From Terriglobia bacterium (lineage in GTDB: Bacteria; Acidobacteriota; Terriglobia; JAJPHL01; JAPKYU01): a DNA stretch of 64,000 nt. Numbering within the stretch: the stretch's first letter is position 1; each line of letters begins with the position of its first letter. Under the pieces are notes generated by a model. It made no database searches. It was not told the origin of the DNA and saw only the letters and a list, made by a program, of their open reading frames with translations. The stretch lies in NCBI GenBank assembly GCA_965206645.1, contig CBDBKE010000004.1:2156642-2220641 (forward strand). The letters are read 5' to 3'. The position numbers were made by a program, and so were the translations under genes. Below are positions 50,155 to 60,273 of the stretch, in pieces.

Positions 50155-51360
50155 TCTGGGGAGACCAACCCTCGTCCTTAAGCACCCTGGCAGCCCCCTG
50201 GTCGGTGTGCCCTCCCTGCGGACTCCTTTCAGGTGGTCTTGCCGAGCCCGGAGACGCCGGAGGATTGTGGCGACGCGAGAGGAACGCGGAGCAGCAGGCG
50301 GGAGCCGTGTCCCGGGTGGGACTCGAGCCGCAGGGAAGCGCCAAGCTGGCGGGCGCGCTGCTTGATGCTGACCGGCCCGACGCGTAAGCGGTCCAGCTCT
50401 TCCAATGTGTAACTGCCGGAGAAATTGAAGCCCTGGCCGTCGTCGTCAATAGTGAGCTTCAGCTCCTCCGCCTGTGCGTCCACGGCGATCACGATGTGGC
50501 TGGCGCGAGCATGCTTCCGGGTATTGGCGACGGCCTCGCGCGCGATCTGGAAGACCTCGCGGGAAACCCGGCGAGGCACTTGGACCCGGTGGCTGTCGGC
50601 CAACAGCTGGACGCTGATGTCCCCGCTGCGTGCCATCTGCTCGACCAGGCCGCGCAGCAGGCTGAGCAGCGTAGTTCCTTCCATGTCCATCGGGCGCATC
50701 TGCTCGACCAGATCGCGCATTTCCTGGGCCTGGTTGCGCACCAGCAACTGGAGCTGCTCCAGTTGCTGGACGGCACCGGCCGGGTCGCGCTCCAGCAGCT
50801 TCCGGATGAACTCAAGATGGACGTCAATGCTGAGGAAGGTTTGAAGCGGCCCGTCGTGGAAATCGTGCGCGATTCGGCTGCGCTCTTCGTCGATGGCCAG
50901 TGCCCGAGCGCGGCGCAACAGGAAAAACTGCTGGATCAGCGGAGCCAATTCGACGGCGAGCGCCTGTAAGCCGCGCAGCGTGGCCGCGCTCATCTGCTTT
51001 GGATCCAGAACCAGTAGGCGGCCGCAGTGCGAACCGCGGGCAAAGCGGACGCTCAGAATGCGCTGAGCTTCCAGACGCTGGCAAAGGGGCGACTCGGCAG
51101 GCAATGCTTCGGCCACTTCCCGGCGGTCCAGGGTGATCCAGAAATCCACCTCGTGCGGGGGCACCTCGAGCGGTGTGGGTTCGGCCTCGCCCTGCCGGTA
51201 ATCCCAGCGGTAGAGCTGCTCTTCTTCGCTGTCGTAAAACAGCAGAATGGTGTGACGCACGCGCAGGATTTCGCTAACGGCGCGCAGGACTCGGCCCAGC
51301 AACTGCCGGGGCTCCTCGCCCAGCCGCATGCGACGCAACTCCTGAACCAGGTCCCCTAAA

Positions 51361-53019
51361 CCCGGATTTCCTTTATGAACTATCGGCGGCAACCTTCTGA
51401 ATGACTCCAACGTCAGTATTGATGCGGGTTCCAGCATCAACATTGCCTTCCGGAGGTGTACACCGAATGGGTGAGAGCCAAAAACAGGCGTTTCAACTGT
51501 CATTCAACCGGTTTCTGCGGGTCACATTTCAGGGATCGCGAATCACTTCCGACGGCGGTCTGATTGTGGTGCGCGAGTTGGACGAACGTTTGGGGTTCGG
51601 CGAACTTATCGAACAGCACTTGATCGACTCTCGGGGGAAGAACACCCGGTTGCCCCTCGCTGACTTGCTGCGGCAGTCCATCTACAGCCGCTTGGCAGGA
51701 TACGAAGACGTCAACGACGCCGAGCGGCTTTCCCAAGATCCGACGTTCCGGCTGATCGGTTCGGAGAAGATCTGGGAACGTGGCGCAGCCCTGACTTCCC
51801 GGTTACAGTCGTTCGAGACAGAACTGCTGACGCAAGACGAGAACCTTGCTGGTTTGGCAGCGATCAACCGGGATTTGATCGCCAGGGCGGAAGCTATGGA
51901 TGCGCCGCGCCGGGTGGTGCTGGACATGGACAGCACCGAGATCCCGGTCTACGGCGAACAGGAGCAGAGCGCCTACAACGGGCATTTCGAGTCGAGTTGC
52001 TATCACCCGTTGTTGCTGTTCAGTCGCGAGGGTGACTGTCTGGCGGCCAAGCTGCGACCCGGCAACGTGCACAGCGCCGAGGATTGGGAAGAACTTCTCC
52101 TGCCAGAGATCGAACGGCAGCAGAAGCTGGGCAAGGAAGTGGTGTTTCGCGCCGACGCCGCCTTCGCCAAGCCGGAGATCTACGACGCACTGGAGGAGCG
52201 GGACGTGAAGTATGCGATTCGCATCCCGGCCAACGACAGTCTGGAGAGGGACATCGCGGAGTTGTTGACGCGGCCAGTGGGGCGACCGAGCCACAAGCCG
52301 GTGGTCTGGTACAAGAGCTTTCTCTACCAGGCAGCCAGTTGGAAAAAGGCGCGGCGGGTGGTGGCGAAGGTGGAGTTCCACTTTGGCGAACTGTTCCCTC
52401 GCGTGGGGTTCATCGTCACCAATCTGGAGACCGACAGCCGGGCGGTGGTCCGGTTCTACAACAAGCGGGGCACCGCAGAGCAATGGATCAAGGAAGGCAA
52501 GCAGGCGGTAAAGATGACCCGGCTGAGTTGCCATCGGTTTCGGTCGAACGAGGTGCGCCTATGGCTGAGCCTGATCGCCTACAACTTGGGAAACCTGTGG
52601 CGGCGGCTGGTGCTACCGAAGAGGATCAACAACTGGTCGCTGACGAGTTTGCAGCAGCGGCTGGTGAAAACGGGCGGACGGCTGGTGAAACATGCGCGAT
52701 ATTACTGGCTTTTGCTGGCCGAAGGGCACTTGAGCCGGAGGCTGTTCAGCAGCATGCTGCGAACGATCTCGGCACTGCCGCTGCCAGACGGCTAGCGACC
52801 CAGGAGAGAGGGTAATTTTAGGTGCTCAGAAGTGGTCGGGCCGGACAAGTGTCAGCGGCGAGGCAGGCTGGGCAGGCGAAACCCGCACAGCGACTCCGAA
52901 GAACAGCCAAAATGTGCCGCACTACCACCTCAAAGAGGCCCGGGCGATTTGCGATTGACACGACAGGGTAAGAGGCATAGGTTTTCGGGTGAAGGGGAAG
53001 CTCAAAATGGAAATTCCGG
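51361..53019 (+). mobile_element. IS1380 family insertion sequence, divergent isoform (1659 bp) with 5-bp TSD CTAAA
   Basis: CTAAA|CCCGGATTTCC...GGAAATTCCGG|CTAAA. Confidence 0.95.
51467..52795 (+). CDS. IS1380 family transposase
   Basis: Same motifs as 41718-43046; GGAGG RBS before the ATG at 51467. Confidence 0.95.
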   Translation: MGESQKQAFQLSFNRFLRVTFQGSRITSDGGLIVVRELDERLGFGELIEQHLIDSRGKNTRLPLADLLRQSIYSRLAGYEDVNDAERLSQDPTFRLIGSEKIWERGAALTSRLQSFETELLTQDENLAGLAAINRDLIARAEAMDAPRRVVLDMDSTEIPVYGEQEQSAYNGHFESSCYHPLLLFSREGDCLAAKLRPGNVHSAEDWEELLLPEIERQQKLGKEVVFRADAAFAKPEIYDALEERDVKYAIRIPANDSLERDIAELLTRPVGRPSHKPVVWYKSFLYQAASWKKARRVVAKVEFHFGELFPRVGFIVTNLETDSRAVVRFYNKRGTAEQWIKEGKQAVKMTRLSCHRFRSNEVRLWLSLIAYNLGNLWRRLVLPKRINNWSLTSLQQRLVKTGGRLVKHARYYWLLLAEGHLSRRLFSSMLRTISALPLPDG

Positions 53020-53346
53020 CTAAAGAGGAACGCCGACGGCCGGACAGCGGGGACGAGCCGGCCATTAATACCATTAGGGTGACCCAGGCAGACCAGGTGG
53101 GCGCCGGCGCCAAATCGAGAAGGAAGCCCGAGAGCAAGAAGCTGAGCGGCATCTCGCAGCTATTTTACCCAAAGGCGCGCCAAACGTGCTAAAGCTGGGC
53201 TCTCCCTAGAATGCGGATCACAATTGTTTCCCTGGAACCGTTACCCTTTTACCAAACCCGCTGCTTCAATTTACCTCGTGGGTTCGACCGGTAGTGTCCT
53301 GATTCCGTGTTATTCTTCATCAGAAACCTAGACTAGGAGTCCTGGC

Positions 53347-53688
53347 ATGGGGCACATGGTGCAATGCATTCTCGACCCACAAGGGCCGCCACAGCCTTGT
53401 GCGTACTGTGGAACACAGACCCCCAATCTGTGCAGGAGCCACAGCCTCTATGTGTGCCCTGACTGCACGGACTTGCACTTGGATACGGGACCGTGGGGGC
53501 CACGGCTCACCGGGCGATGTGAGCGAGAGGATGGAATCTATCTGCGAGTCATCGTTGCAGAACAGCCGGCCGTCCTGTTTCGTTCCGATCCCAGCCAGCC
53601 GTTTGAGTACTTGCGAGGTGAGGGGCTGACGGATGCCTTGGAAACTTTACCCTGGGTCGCCGCGGGCCCCCCGGATCCGAGTTCGTGA
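53347..53688 (+). CDS. Hypothetical protein with Cys/His-rich putative zinc finger
   Basis: AGGAG RBS; CAYC..C..H...CPDC...H. Confidence 0.5.
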   Translation: MGHMVQCILDPQGPPQPCAYCGTQTPNLCRSHSLYVCPDCTDLHLDTGPWGPRLTGRCEREDGIYLRVIVAEQPAVLFRSDPSQPFEYLRGEGLTDALETLPWVAAGPPDPSS

Positions 53689-53756
53689 GTTGTTTGCAGA
53701 TACGCCGGCCCGCAACCCAATTTCGACACTTCAGCGAGAGCGATCGCGGATTTCAC

Positions 53757-53811
53757 CGAGGAATCTGGTGTCCAACGCAATGGCAGTGGAGATTCCTCGC
53801 TTCGCTCGGAA
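53757..53811. repeat. REP-like palindromic element, family A
   Basis: CGAGGAATCT...AGATTCCTCG hairpin followed by CTTCGCTCGGAA; lies between convergent genes. Confidence 0.6.
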
Positions 53812-53829
53812 CGGCAGGGGAGAGTGGCG

Positions 53830-54498
53830 CTAACGCGCCTGGAAGCCCGAGCTGGCTACGCGCGGGATCTGGATGAGTTCGTCCGCGGAGTCGGGCCGAC
53901 GGGAGAAGTGGCTGGAAAGATGAACCAGTTCGTTCGCAGAGGCGCCACTGTCATGGACGCATGCCTCTGGCGAGAGCAGGTAGACCATGGCCACTTCGTC
54001 GCAGCAATTGAGGTGTGGGCAGCGCAGGCAGTCCTTCCAGACCTTCAGCGGAAGTGAGCCGCGATCCACCACCCGGAAGCCGCACTTTTCGAAAAACGGT
54101 GCCACGTAGGTAAAAGCAAAAACCACGTCCAGGCCGTATTCGCGTGCCTCCCGGAGAAGCGCCGCGACAATCTTGCGTCCGACGCCGGACGCCTTTGCTG
54201 TTTCGACGACGGCCAGCGAGCGCAATTCAGCCATCTGCGGAGTGTAGAAGTGGAGCGCGCCGCAGCCGGCCAGTTCCCTCGCCGGATTGGGTGCCCCGTC
54301 AGGTGGAGAAGCCATTCCTGCCTGCCCGGACACGCCAAAGGCTTGTCCCACGTAGGCTACCGAGAAGTCGCGGATGTTCTCGCACATCTCGAATTCGGTG
54401 CGAGGCAGCATCAGCCCCCCCTGCGCATAGCTATTGATCAGCTCCAGCATCGCCGACGCGTCGGAGGGGCGGGCCTTGCGGATGTGCACGTCAGGCAT
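53830..54498 (-). CDS. argA: GNAT N-acetyltransferase (short ArgA-like amino-acid N-acetyltransferase)
   Basis: IRKARPSD, MLPR...ENIRDF, AELRSLAV, FAFTY and LPLKVWKDCLRCP...CDE; overlaps the argB end. Confidence 0.8.
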   Translation of the reverse strand: MPDVHIRKARPSDASAMLELINSYAQGGLMLPRTEFEMCENIRDFSVAYVGQAFGVSGQAGMASPPDGAPNPARELAGCGALHFYTPQMAELRSLAVVETAKASGVGRKIVAALLREAREYGLDVVFAFTYVAPFFEKCGFRVVDRGSLPLKVWKDCLRCPHLNCCDEVAMVYLLSPEACVHDSGASANELVHLSSHFSRRPDSADELIQIPRVASSGFQAR

Positions 54499-55315
54499 GT
54501 GTCGCTCCCGGAGCGTCCACTCTGGCCAGGGCGGGATTGGCCCGCACTGCGGTACCCAACGCCTCCCTGGCCAGCAACCGGCGCAGGACGCCCGGCTGGC
54601 GGCCTCCAGCGATTCCCACCTCCGGCACACCCTTCTCCACTGCCGTCACGGCCGAGCGCAGCTTGGCCAGCATGCCACCGCTGACCACGCCAGTGTCAAT
54701 CAGCTCCCGAATGCGCGCTGGGGAGAGTTCCGGAAAGGCCTCACCGCTGGCGCTGTAGACGCCGTCCACGTCCGTCAGAAACACCAGCCGATCAGCCATC
54801 CAGCCAGCTGCGCAGGCCACCGCGACTTCGTCGGCGTTGATGTTCAGAATCTGGCCGCTTCGGCTGACCGCCAACGGGGCCAGCAGTGGCACAAAGCCAC
54901 CAGCTGCTAGGGTATCGAACAGTCGCGTATGGACATGCTCGATGCGGCCGACCAGGCCCAGATCCACACGTTGGTTGTTGGCCCAGGTGGCCATCAGGCA
55001 CCCGGCGTCCACTCCGGAAATGCCGCAGGCGGGCACGCCCTCTGCAGAAAAAGCCGCCAGCAGCTGGTGGTTCACGGACCCGGCCATCACCTTCACCGCT
55101 GCGTCCAGCACCTCCGGAGAGGTGACGCGGCGCCCTTCGACGAACGTCGCCTCGATACCGACTTCCTTCAGGAATGCTGTCAGTTGCGCTCCCCCACCGT
55201 GCACCACCAGCAGGCAGTGGCCTGCCGCCAGCGCACTGCCAATCTGCAGCGCCAGCAGGCGTGGCGCCTCTTCGTCCTGGACCAGCGTGCCGCCGATTTT
55301 GACCACCACTCTCAT
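54491..55315 (-). CDS. argB: Acetylglutamate kinase
   Basis: VVKIGG, VHGGG, GRRVT, LNINAD, LTDVDGV and GGMLAKL. Confidence 0.94.
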   Translation of the reverse strand: MRVVVKIGGTLVQDEEAPRLLALQIGSALAAGHCLLVVHGGGAQLTAFLKEVGIEATFVEGRRVTSPEVLDAAVKVMAGSVNHQLLAAFSAEGVPACGISGVDAGCLMATWANNQRVDLGLVGRIEHVHTRLFDTLAAGGFVPLLAPLAVSRSGQILNINADEVAVACAAGWMADRLVFLTDVDGVYSASGEAFPELSPARIRELIDTGVVSGGMLAKLRSAVTAVEKGVPEVGIAGGRQPGVLRRLLAREALGTAVRANPALARVDAPGATHA

Positions 55316-56259
55316 CGCAGCCCTCGTGATGGGTCGAACCCCAGCATCAGGTTCATGTTCTGGACCGCCTGTCCGGCTGCTCCTTTTCCCAGGTTATCGA
55401 TGCAGGAGACAATGACCGCGCGCGTTCCCCTCTCGTCCAACGTCAGGTACAGGTCGCAGAAGTTCGTGCCGCGCACATCGTGCAGATTGGGTGTGCCCTG
55501 ATCGCGCACCCGGATAAAACCGCCCTCGGGGTAGCGCCCGCGGTAGAGCGCCAGCAGCTCCTGGCGCGTCCAGGGCCGGCGCAGCTTGACATACATCGTG
55601 GAGAGGATGCCGCGGGTCACTGGTAGCAGGTGTGCCGTGAAAAAGAAATCGTCCGGTGTTACGCCCAGGGCCTGAACCATTTCCGGCACATGCCGATGCC
55701 GCAGCACGGCGTAGGCCTTGAAGTTCTCGCTGACTTCCACAAAATGTGTTGCTGCCGAGGGCCGGTGCCCAGCGCCGCTGACCCCCGACTTGGCATCGCA
55801 GATGACGCCCGCCGAGGTGTCCAGTGCGCCGCAGCAGACCAGTGGGTGCAGCCCGCAGATCACCGCCGTGGGGTAACAGCCGGGGTTGGCGACCAGGCGC
55901 GCGCCCGGCACTGCCTCGCCATTCAGCTCAGTGAGGCCGTAGACGGCTTCAGCCAGCAGTTCCGGCGCAGGATGCTCCATCCCGTACCAGTCGGCGAAAA
56001 TCCTGGCGTCTTTGAGGCGGAATGCCCCGCTCAGGTCCACAACTTTCGCGCCCGCTCCCAGAGCCTGGGGCGCCGCTTCCAGCGACACTTCGTGCGGCGT
56101 GGCCAAGAACACCAGCACGAGGCCGTGTTGGCGCACCGCCGCGCCCATCTCGGTTGTATTTTCCAGGGCCACCGGGCGCACACCACCGTGCCAGGCGAGC
56201 AAGCTCATTAGCTCCTGCCCGCTGTAGCCCGACACTCCCAAAACTGCAACATTCGACAC
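55312..56259 (-). CDS. argC: N-acetyl-gamma-glutamyl-phosphate reductase
   Basis: GVSGYSG, DLSGAFRL, ANPGCYPT, SGVSGAG, HRH.PE and DNLGKGAAGQAVQNMN. Confidence 0.97.
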   Translation of the reverse strand: MSNVAVLGVSGYSGQELMSLLAWHGGVRPVALENTTEMGAAVRQHGLVLVFLATPHEVSLEAAPQALGAGAKVVDLSGAFRLKDARIFADWYGMEHPAPELLAEAVYGLTELNGEAVPGARLVANPGCYPTAVICGLHPLVCCGALDTSAGVICDAKSGVSGAGHRPSAATHFVEVSENFKAYAVLRHRHVPEMVQALGVTPDDFFFTAHLLPVTRGILSTMYVKLRRPWTRQELLALYRGRYPEGGFIRVRDQGTPNLHDVRGTNFCDLYLTLDERGTRAVIVSCIDNLGKGAAGQAVQNMNLMLGFDPSRGLR

Positions 56260-56270
56260 CGGAGGCCCCT

Positions 56271-56308
56271 CATGAATAATTATTCAGTACCATGGATATT
56301 TATACCAG
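56271..56308. promoter_or_regulatory. Tandem ARG boxes (ArgR operator)
   Basis: CATGAATAATTATTCAGT matches the TGAAT-W4-ATTCA consensus. A weaker second box, CATGGATATTTATACCAG, lies 2 bp away, immediately upstream of argC. Confidence 0.8.
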
Positions 56309-56438
56309 ACCCCGGATCGCCGGTCAATGCGGAAATCCGACAGCGCATTGCCTCGGTTGGATCTCGACCGCGGCAGCGCTGCCAGCTCACGCCGCGCGCG
56401 GGGCAAGAGAGAGTACGTGAGCTTGAGGCGGAACATTT

Positions 56439-56486
56439 TGGTGAGCTCGGCAGGAGTCGGACCTGCACCCTGAGGATTCAGAGTCC
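56439..56486 (-). other. Degenerate tRNA 3'-half remnant (Lys-like; putative att site)
   Basis: The minus strand reads GGACTCTGAATCCTCAGGGTGCAGGTCCGACTCCTGCCGAGCTCACCA (anticodon loop, mutated T-arm, CCA). There is no D-arm or 5' acceptor strand. Confidence 0.65.
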
Positions 56487-56615
56487 AGGACTAGCTGCTT
56501 CAGGCTCGCGCCTGAAGTCTAGCTGCCTTTGCTGACTCCACCGCCAAAGAAGCTGACCAGACGGCTACTCCACGGCGAGAGTCACAGTGTTGCTGGGGAT
56601 CCCGTTCTGCGTAAG

Positions 56616-58273
56616 CCGGAATTTCCATTTTGAGCTTCCTCTTCACCCGAAAAGCTATGCCTCGTACCCTGTCGTGTCAACCGCAAACAGCTCTGGCCTC
56701 TTTGAGGTGGTAGTGCGGCACATTTTGGCTGTTCTTCGGAGTCGCTGTGCGGGGTTCGCCTGCCCAGCCTGCCGCGCCGCTGACACTTATCCGGCCCGAC
56801 CACTTCTGAGCACCTAAAATTACCCTCTCTCCCGGTTCGCTAGCCGTCTGGCAGCGGCAGTGCCGAGATCGTTCGCAGCATGCTGCTGAACAGCCTCCGG
56901 CTCAAGTGCCCTTCGGCCAGCAAAAGCCAGTAATATCGCGCATGTTTCACCAGCCGTCCTCCCGTTTTCACCAACCGCTGTTGCAAGCTCGTCAGGGACC
57001 AGTTCCCGATTCTCTGTGGCAGCACCAGTCGCCGCCACAGGTTGCCGAGATTATAGGCAATGATGGTGAGCCACAGCCGGACCTCGTTCGACCGGAACCG
57101 GTGACAACTGAGCCGCGTCATCTTCACTGCTTGCTCTCCTTCTTTGATCCACTGCTCCGCTGTCCCCCGCTTGTTGTAAAACCGCATCACCGCCCGACTT
57201 GGCAGAGTCAAGTTCGTAACGATAAACCCTACTCGCGGGAACAGCTCCCCTGGATGATGCTCCACCTTGGCCACCACCCTGCGGGCTGTCTTCCAACTGG
57301 CCGCTTGGTATAGAAAGCCCTTGAACTCCACCAACGGCTTCTTGCTGGGTCTCCCCACCGGCCGAGTCAGCAACTCCTCAATGTCCCGCTGTAGGCTGTC
57401 GTTAGCCGGGATGCGGATGGCGTACTTTACCTCCCGCTCCTCCAGAGCCTCGTAAATCTCCGGCTTGGCAAAGGCCGCGTCGGCACGAAACACCACTTCC
57501 TTGCCCAGCTGCTGCTGCCGCTCGATCTCCGGCAGGAGAAGTTCTTTCCAGTCCTCGGCGCTGTGCACGTTGCCCGGTCGCAGCTTGGCCGCCAGACAGT
57601 CACCCTCGCGATTGAACAGCAACAACGGGTGATAGCAGCTCGACTCGAAATGCCCGTTGTAGGCACTCTGCTCCTGCTGGCCGTAGACCGGAATCTCGGT
57701 CGAGTCCATGTCCAGCACCACCCGTTGCGGGGAATCCATAGCTTCCGCCCTGGCGATTAAATCCCGGTTGATCGCTGCCAAACCAGCCAGGTTCTCATCT
57801 TGCGTCAGTAGTTCTGTCTCGAACGATTGCAGCCGGGAAGTCAACGCGGCTCCTCGCTCCCAGATCTTTTCTGAACCGATCAGCCGGAACGTCGGATCTT
57901 GAGAGAGCCGTTCCGCGTCATTCATATCTTCGTAACCCGCCAAGCGGCTGTACACGGACTGGCGCAGGAGGTCAGCAAAGGGCAACCGTGTGTTCTTTCT
58001 CCGAGGATCGGCCAAGTGCTGTTTGATGAGTTCTCCGAATCCCAAATGTTCGTCTGATTCGCGCACGAGGATCAGGCCGCCGTCGGAAGTAACCCGCGAC
58101 CCCTGGAAATCGACCTTCAATGCAGCATTGAAAGAGAACTGAAAGGGCTGATTTTGCCTCTCACCCACTCGGTTTCTACCTCCGGAAGCTGTATTGACGC
58201 TGGAACCGGCATAAATATTGGCGTCGGAGGTCAGTATAAGGTTAGCTTTGGAGTTTCAAAACGGAAATCCGGG
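56616..58273 (-). mobile_element. IS1380 family insertion sequence, copy 2 (1658 bp), inverted relative to copy 1
   Basis: Same IRs as copy 1, and the ORF-track translations inside it are identical to those of copy 1. Flanks GTAAG/GGAAG match at 4 of 5 positions. Confidence 0.95.
56840..58168 (-). CDS. IS1380 family transposase
   Basis: Protein identical to 41718-43046. Confidence 0.95.
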   Translation of the reverse strand: MGERQNQPFQFSFNAALKVDFQGSRVTSDGGLILVRESDEHLGFGELIKQHLADPRRKNTRLPFADLLRQSVYSRLAGYEDMNDAERLSQDPTFRLIGSEKIWERGAALTSRLQSFETELLTQDENLAGLAAINRDLIARAEAMDSPQRVVLDMDSTEIPVYGQQEQSAYNGHFESSCYHPLLLFNREGDCLAAKLRPGNVHSAEDWKELLLPEIERQQQLGKEVVFRADAAFAKPEIYEALEEREVKYAIRIPANDSLQRDIEELLTRPVGRPSKKPLVEFKGFLYQAASWKTARRVVAKVEHHPGELFPRVGFIVTNLTLPSRAVMRFYNKRGTAEQWIKEGEQAVKMTRLSCHRFRSNEVRLWLTIIAYNLGNLWRRLVLPQRIGNWSLTSLQQRLVKTGGRLVKHARYYWLLLAEGHLSRRLFSSMLRTISALPLPDG

Positions 58274-59154
58274 GGAAGGGTTTGTGAGCGTTTCCGCTCA
58301 CCCGCAAATGGCGGAAACGGCCAAACCCTGACACGGGAGGAACAGCGCCGACGAAGCCAGTGACGGGCAGGGCCGACAAGGGCAAGAGGGAGTGACAGAC
58401 GCCTGCCAGGCGAGGGGACCGTTCTGGCGCGAGCCTTGCGTCGGAACAAAGCGGAACCAGCAAAGGCCAGCGGCAAATGGCGCAACCTCACACCCGTTCT
58501 CCGGTCGTAGGCGGCAAGCCTGCTTGGGGAATAGCAGCCGGGACGGGGCACCTGGAACCGGACCGTTATCCCCCGGCGAATGGACCGCAGTGCGAAGGAA
58601 ATTCCAGAATGGATTCTTGCCAAAGTGAACGGTATGGGGCCACAAGCTTCATTTCAGCAGGAAGCCTCGCCAGGGCAACACGCGCATCGGCGAGGGTCAT
58701 CCTGCCCGCCGCTTCCGATCTCACTTGCAAACTCCAATGTAGGGACTTCGATCAAGTCTCGTAGCTCAGGGCGTTCAGCCTCCCTTGTGGTCGGTTTGTT
58801 TCTGTGTGGCTCTTGTATTGGGGGCGTGGGAGGATTCCAAGCCCAAGTTTGCAAATGGTGATCGAACGCGTGATCACGCCCAGAAATTCTTCATTAAGTA
58901 CAATATAATAAATTAGTTAACAGCATAATAGGGCGGGCGGGAGCGACCCCCCTATTTGGACTGCCTCGATCGGCATCCCAGAGGATCGGCATGTGCATGA
59001 CTATGCCCACCCTCGCACAGGGTCGCTCCCGTTGGATCCATCCTTGCAGGAAGGCCACGTTACCGGCGTTGCCCGTTCTGGCCGAGCATGGCTGGCCGCT
59101 TGATTGATCTTGGTCAGGGCTGTGGTCCGCGAGCATTACCAGGCATATCGCCCG

Positions 59155-60054
59155 CTATCGATCTCCGCCCAACCTCCGAGCGACGGTTGCAATCCACGGG
59201 CAAGTCTCCGAATTCGGCAGGTTTTCCTCCGGCACCTCGCATTCGCGCAAAAGGCACAACACGACAAGAATGTAGAGAGAAGCTATCAACCAGTACAGCG
59301 ACTCGCCGTCTGGGTCACCATGTAATCCCCGATGAACAACATGCTCTTTCCGTATCCGCACGACGCGCTTCGCACACGCGCCAACATCATCCACCACGGA
59401 CTGAAACGGGGCTCCAGCATGGCAAGCCAGCGTCTCGAGTGCTTTCTTGAAGTTGATTTCCCCCTGCTGGAGCCGTATCCGTTCAAATGCTTCCGCAGCG
59501 GCCACCAACTCGCCGTACAGATCCGGCGCATACCAACGGCTCGTGAGCCCCGCGATCACAGGCCAGAACTTCTTCGACATCGTCAGCCATCTGCCAATGC
59601 CGCTGAGTCCGCCCAGGGCGTCGTACGTGAACAGCATCTTGAATGGATGAATCGTCCGCACCCCACCGCGGCTGTGTTTGGTGCCGAGGCTGTGCCAGTG
59701 GACCTGAACCCAGCGCCCGGCAGCCTGCAAAACGCGTGTTTCGGTAACTTGCGCAGGAGCCGCGACGCCGATGGCGATCAGTGCCTGTAGCGCGCCATGG
59801 GCTTCGAACACCGCAACAACGGACCCAGGATCAGCAAATTGAAGTTCGAGAGCACAGTACTGCTCAATCCCGGACTCGACTATACGGTCACCTCGGAGTT
59901 GATGCCGGAAAACTAGCTTAAGCTGACCGCAGGGTGTGTCAACGATTGTATCGACGACTGGCGTATACACGATGCGGATTTGTTCGACTTGATTCCTGTC
60001 CTTCCGCACTCTGACGCGACTGGCCAGACCGGACTTCCCGATCCAGTGCGAAAG
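59155..60054 (-). pseudogene. 5'-truncated ApeA-like HEPN domain protein
   Basis: The frame stays open upstream of the listed start (LSHWIGKSGL) as far as the IS3 remnant. C-terminal AAEAFER and RKEHVVH (HEPN-like R-x5-H). Confidence 0.6.
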
Positions 60055-60273
60055 GCCACACTCGGCGCTCGATGGGAAAACCCCGGCCGAGGCCTACCGC
60101 GGCGACCCGCTTGTGGGTATGATGGACAAGGCGCTACGCGCCTTGCCCACATACCCACAGGCGCAGCAACAGCGACAGGAAGATCTATCCAAGGAGATTT
60201 TGGCGGTATGAGTGACAATCGGAATATACCTTAAACAAACCGCCAAGCTGCCCGACTGACCGGGGCCACCTCA
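60050..60273 (+). mobile_element. IS3 family remnant (transposase C-terminus plus right end)
   Basis: ERPHSALDGKTPAEAY; terminal ...GACTGACCGGGGCCACCTCA ending in CA. Confidence 0.75.

Larger units (their letters stand above)
50229..53152 (-). pseudogene. HisKA_3-type (NarX/DesK-like) sensor histidine kinase interrupted by IS1380
   Basis: The N-terminus (53152-53020) rejoins in frame (RSSL|GDLVQE) with 51360-50229 once the IS and one CTAAA copy are removed. Motifs ERSRIAHDFHD, EAVANTRKHA and DDGQGF. Confidence 0.88.

Noticed and set aside
56439-56486. Functional tRNA-Gln(CTG) gene
   Set aside because: There is no D-arm or 5' acceptor strand, and the T-loop is mutated.
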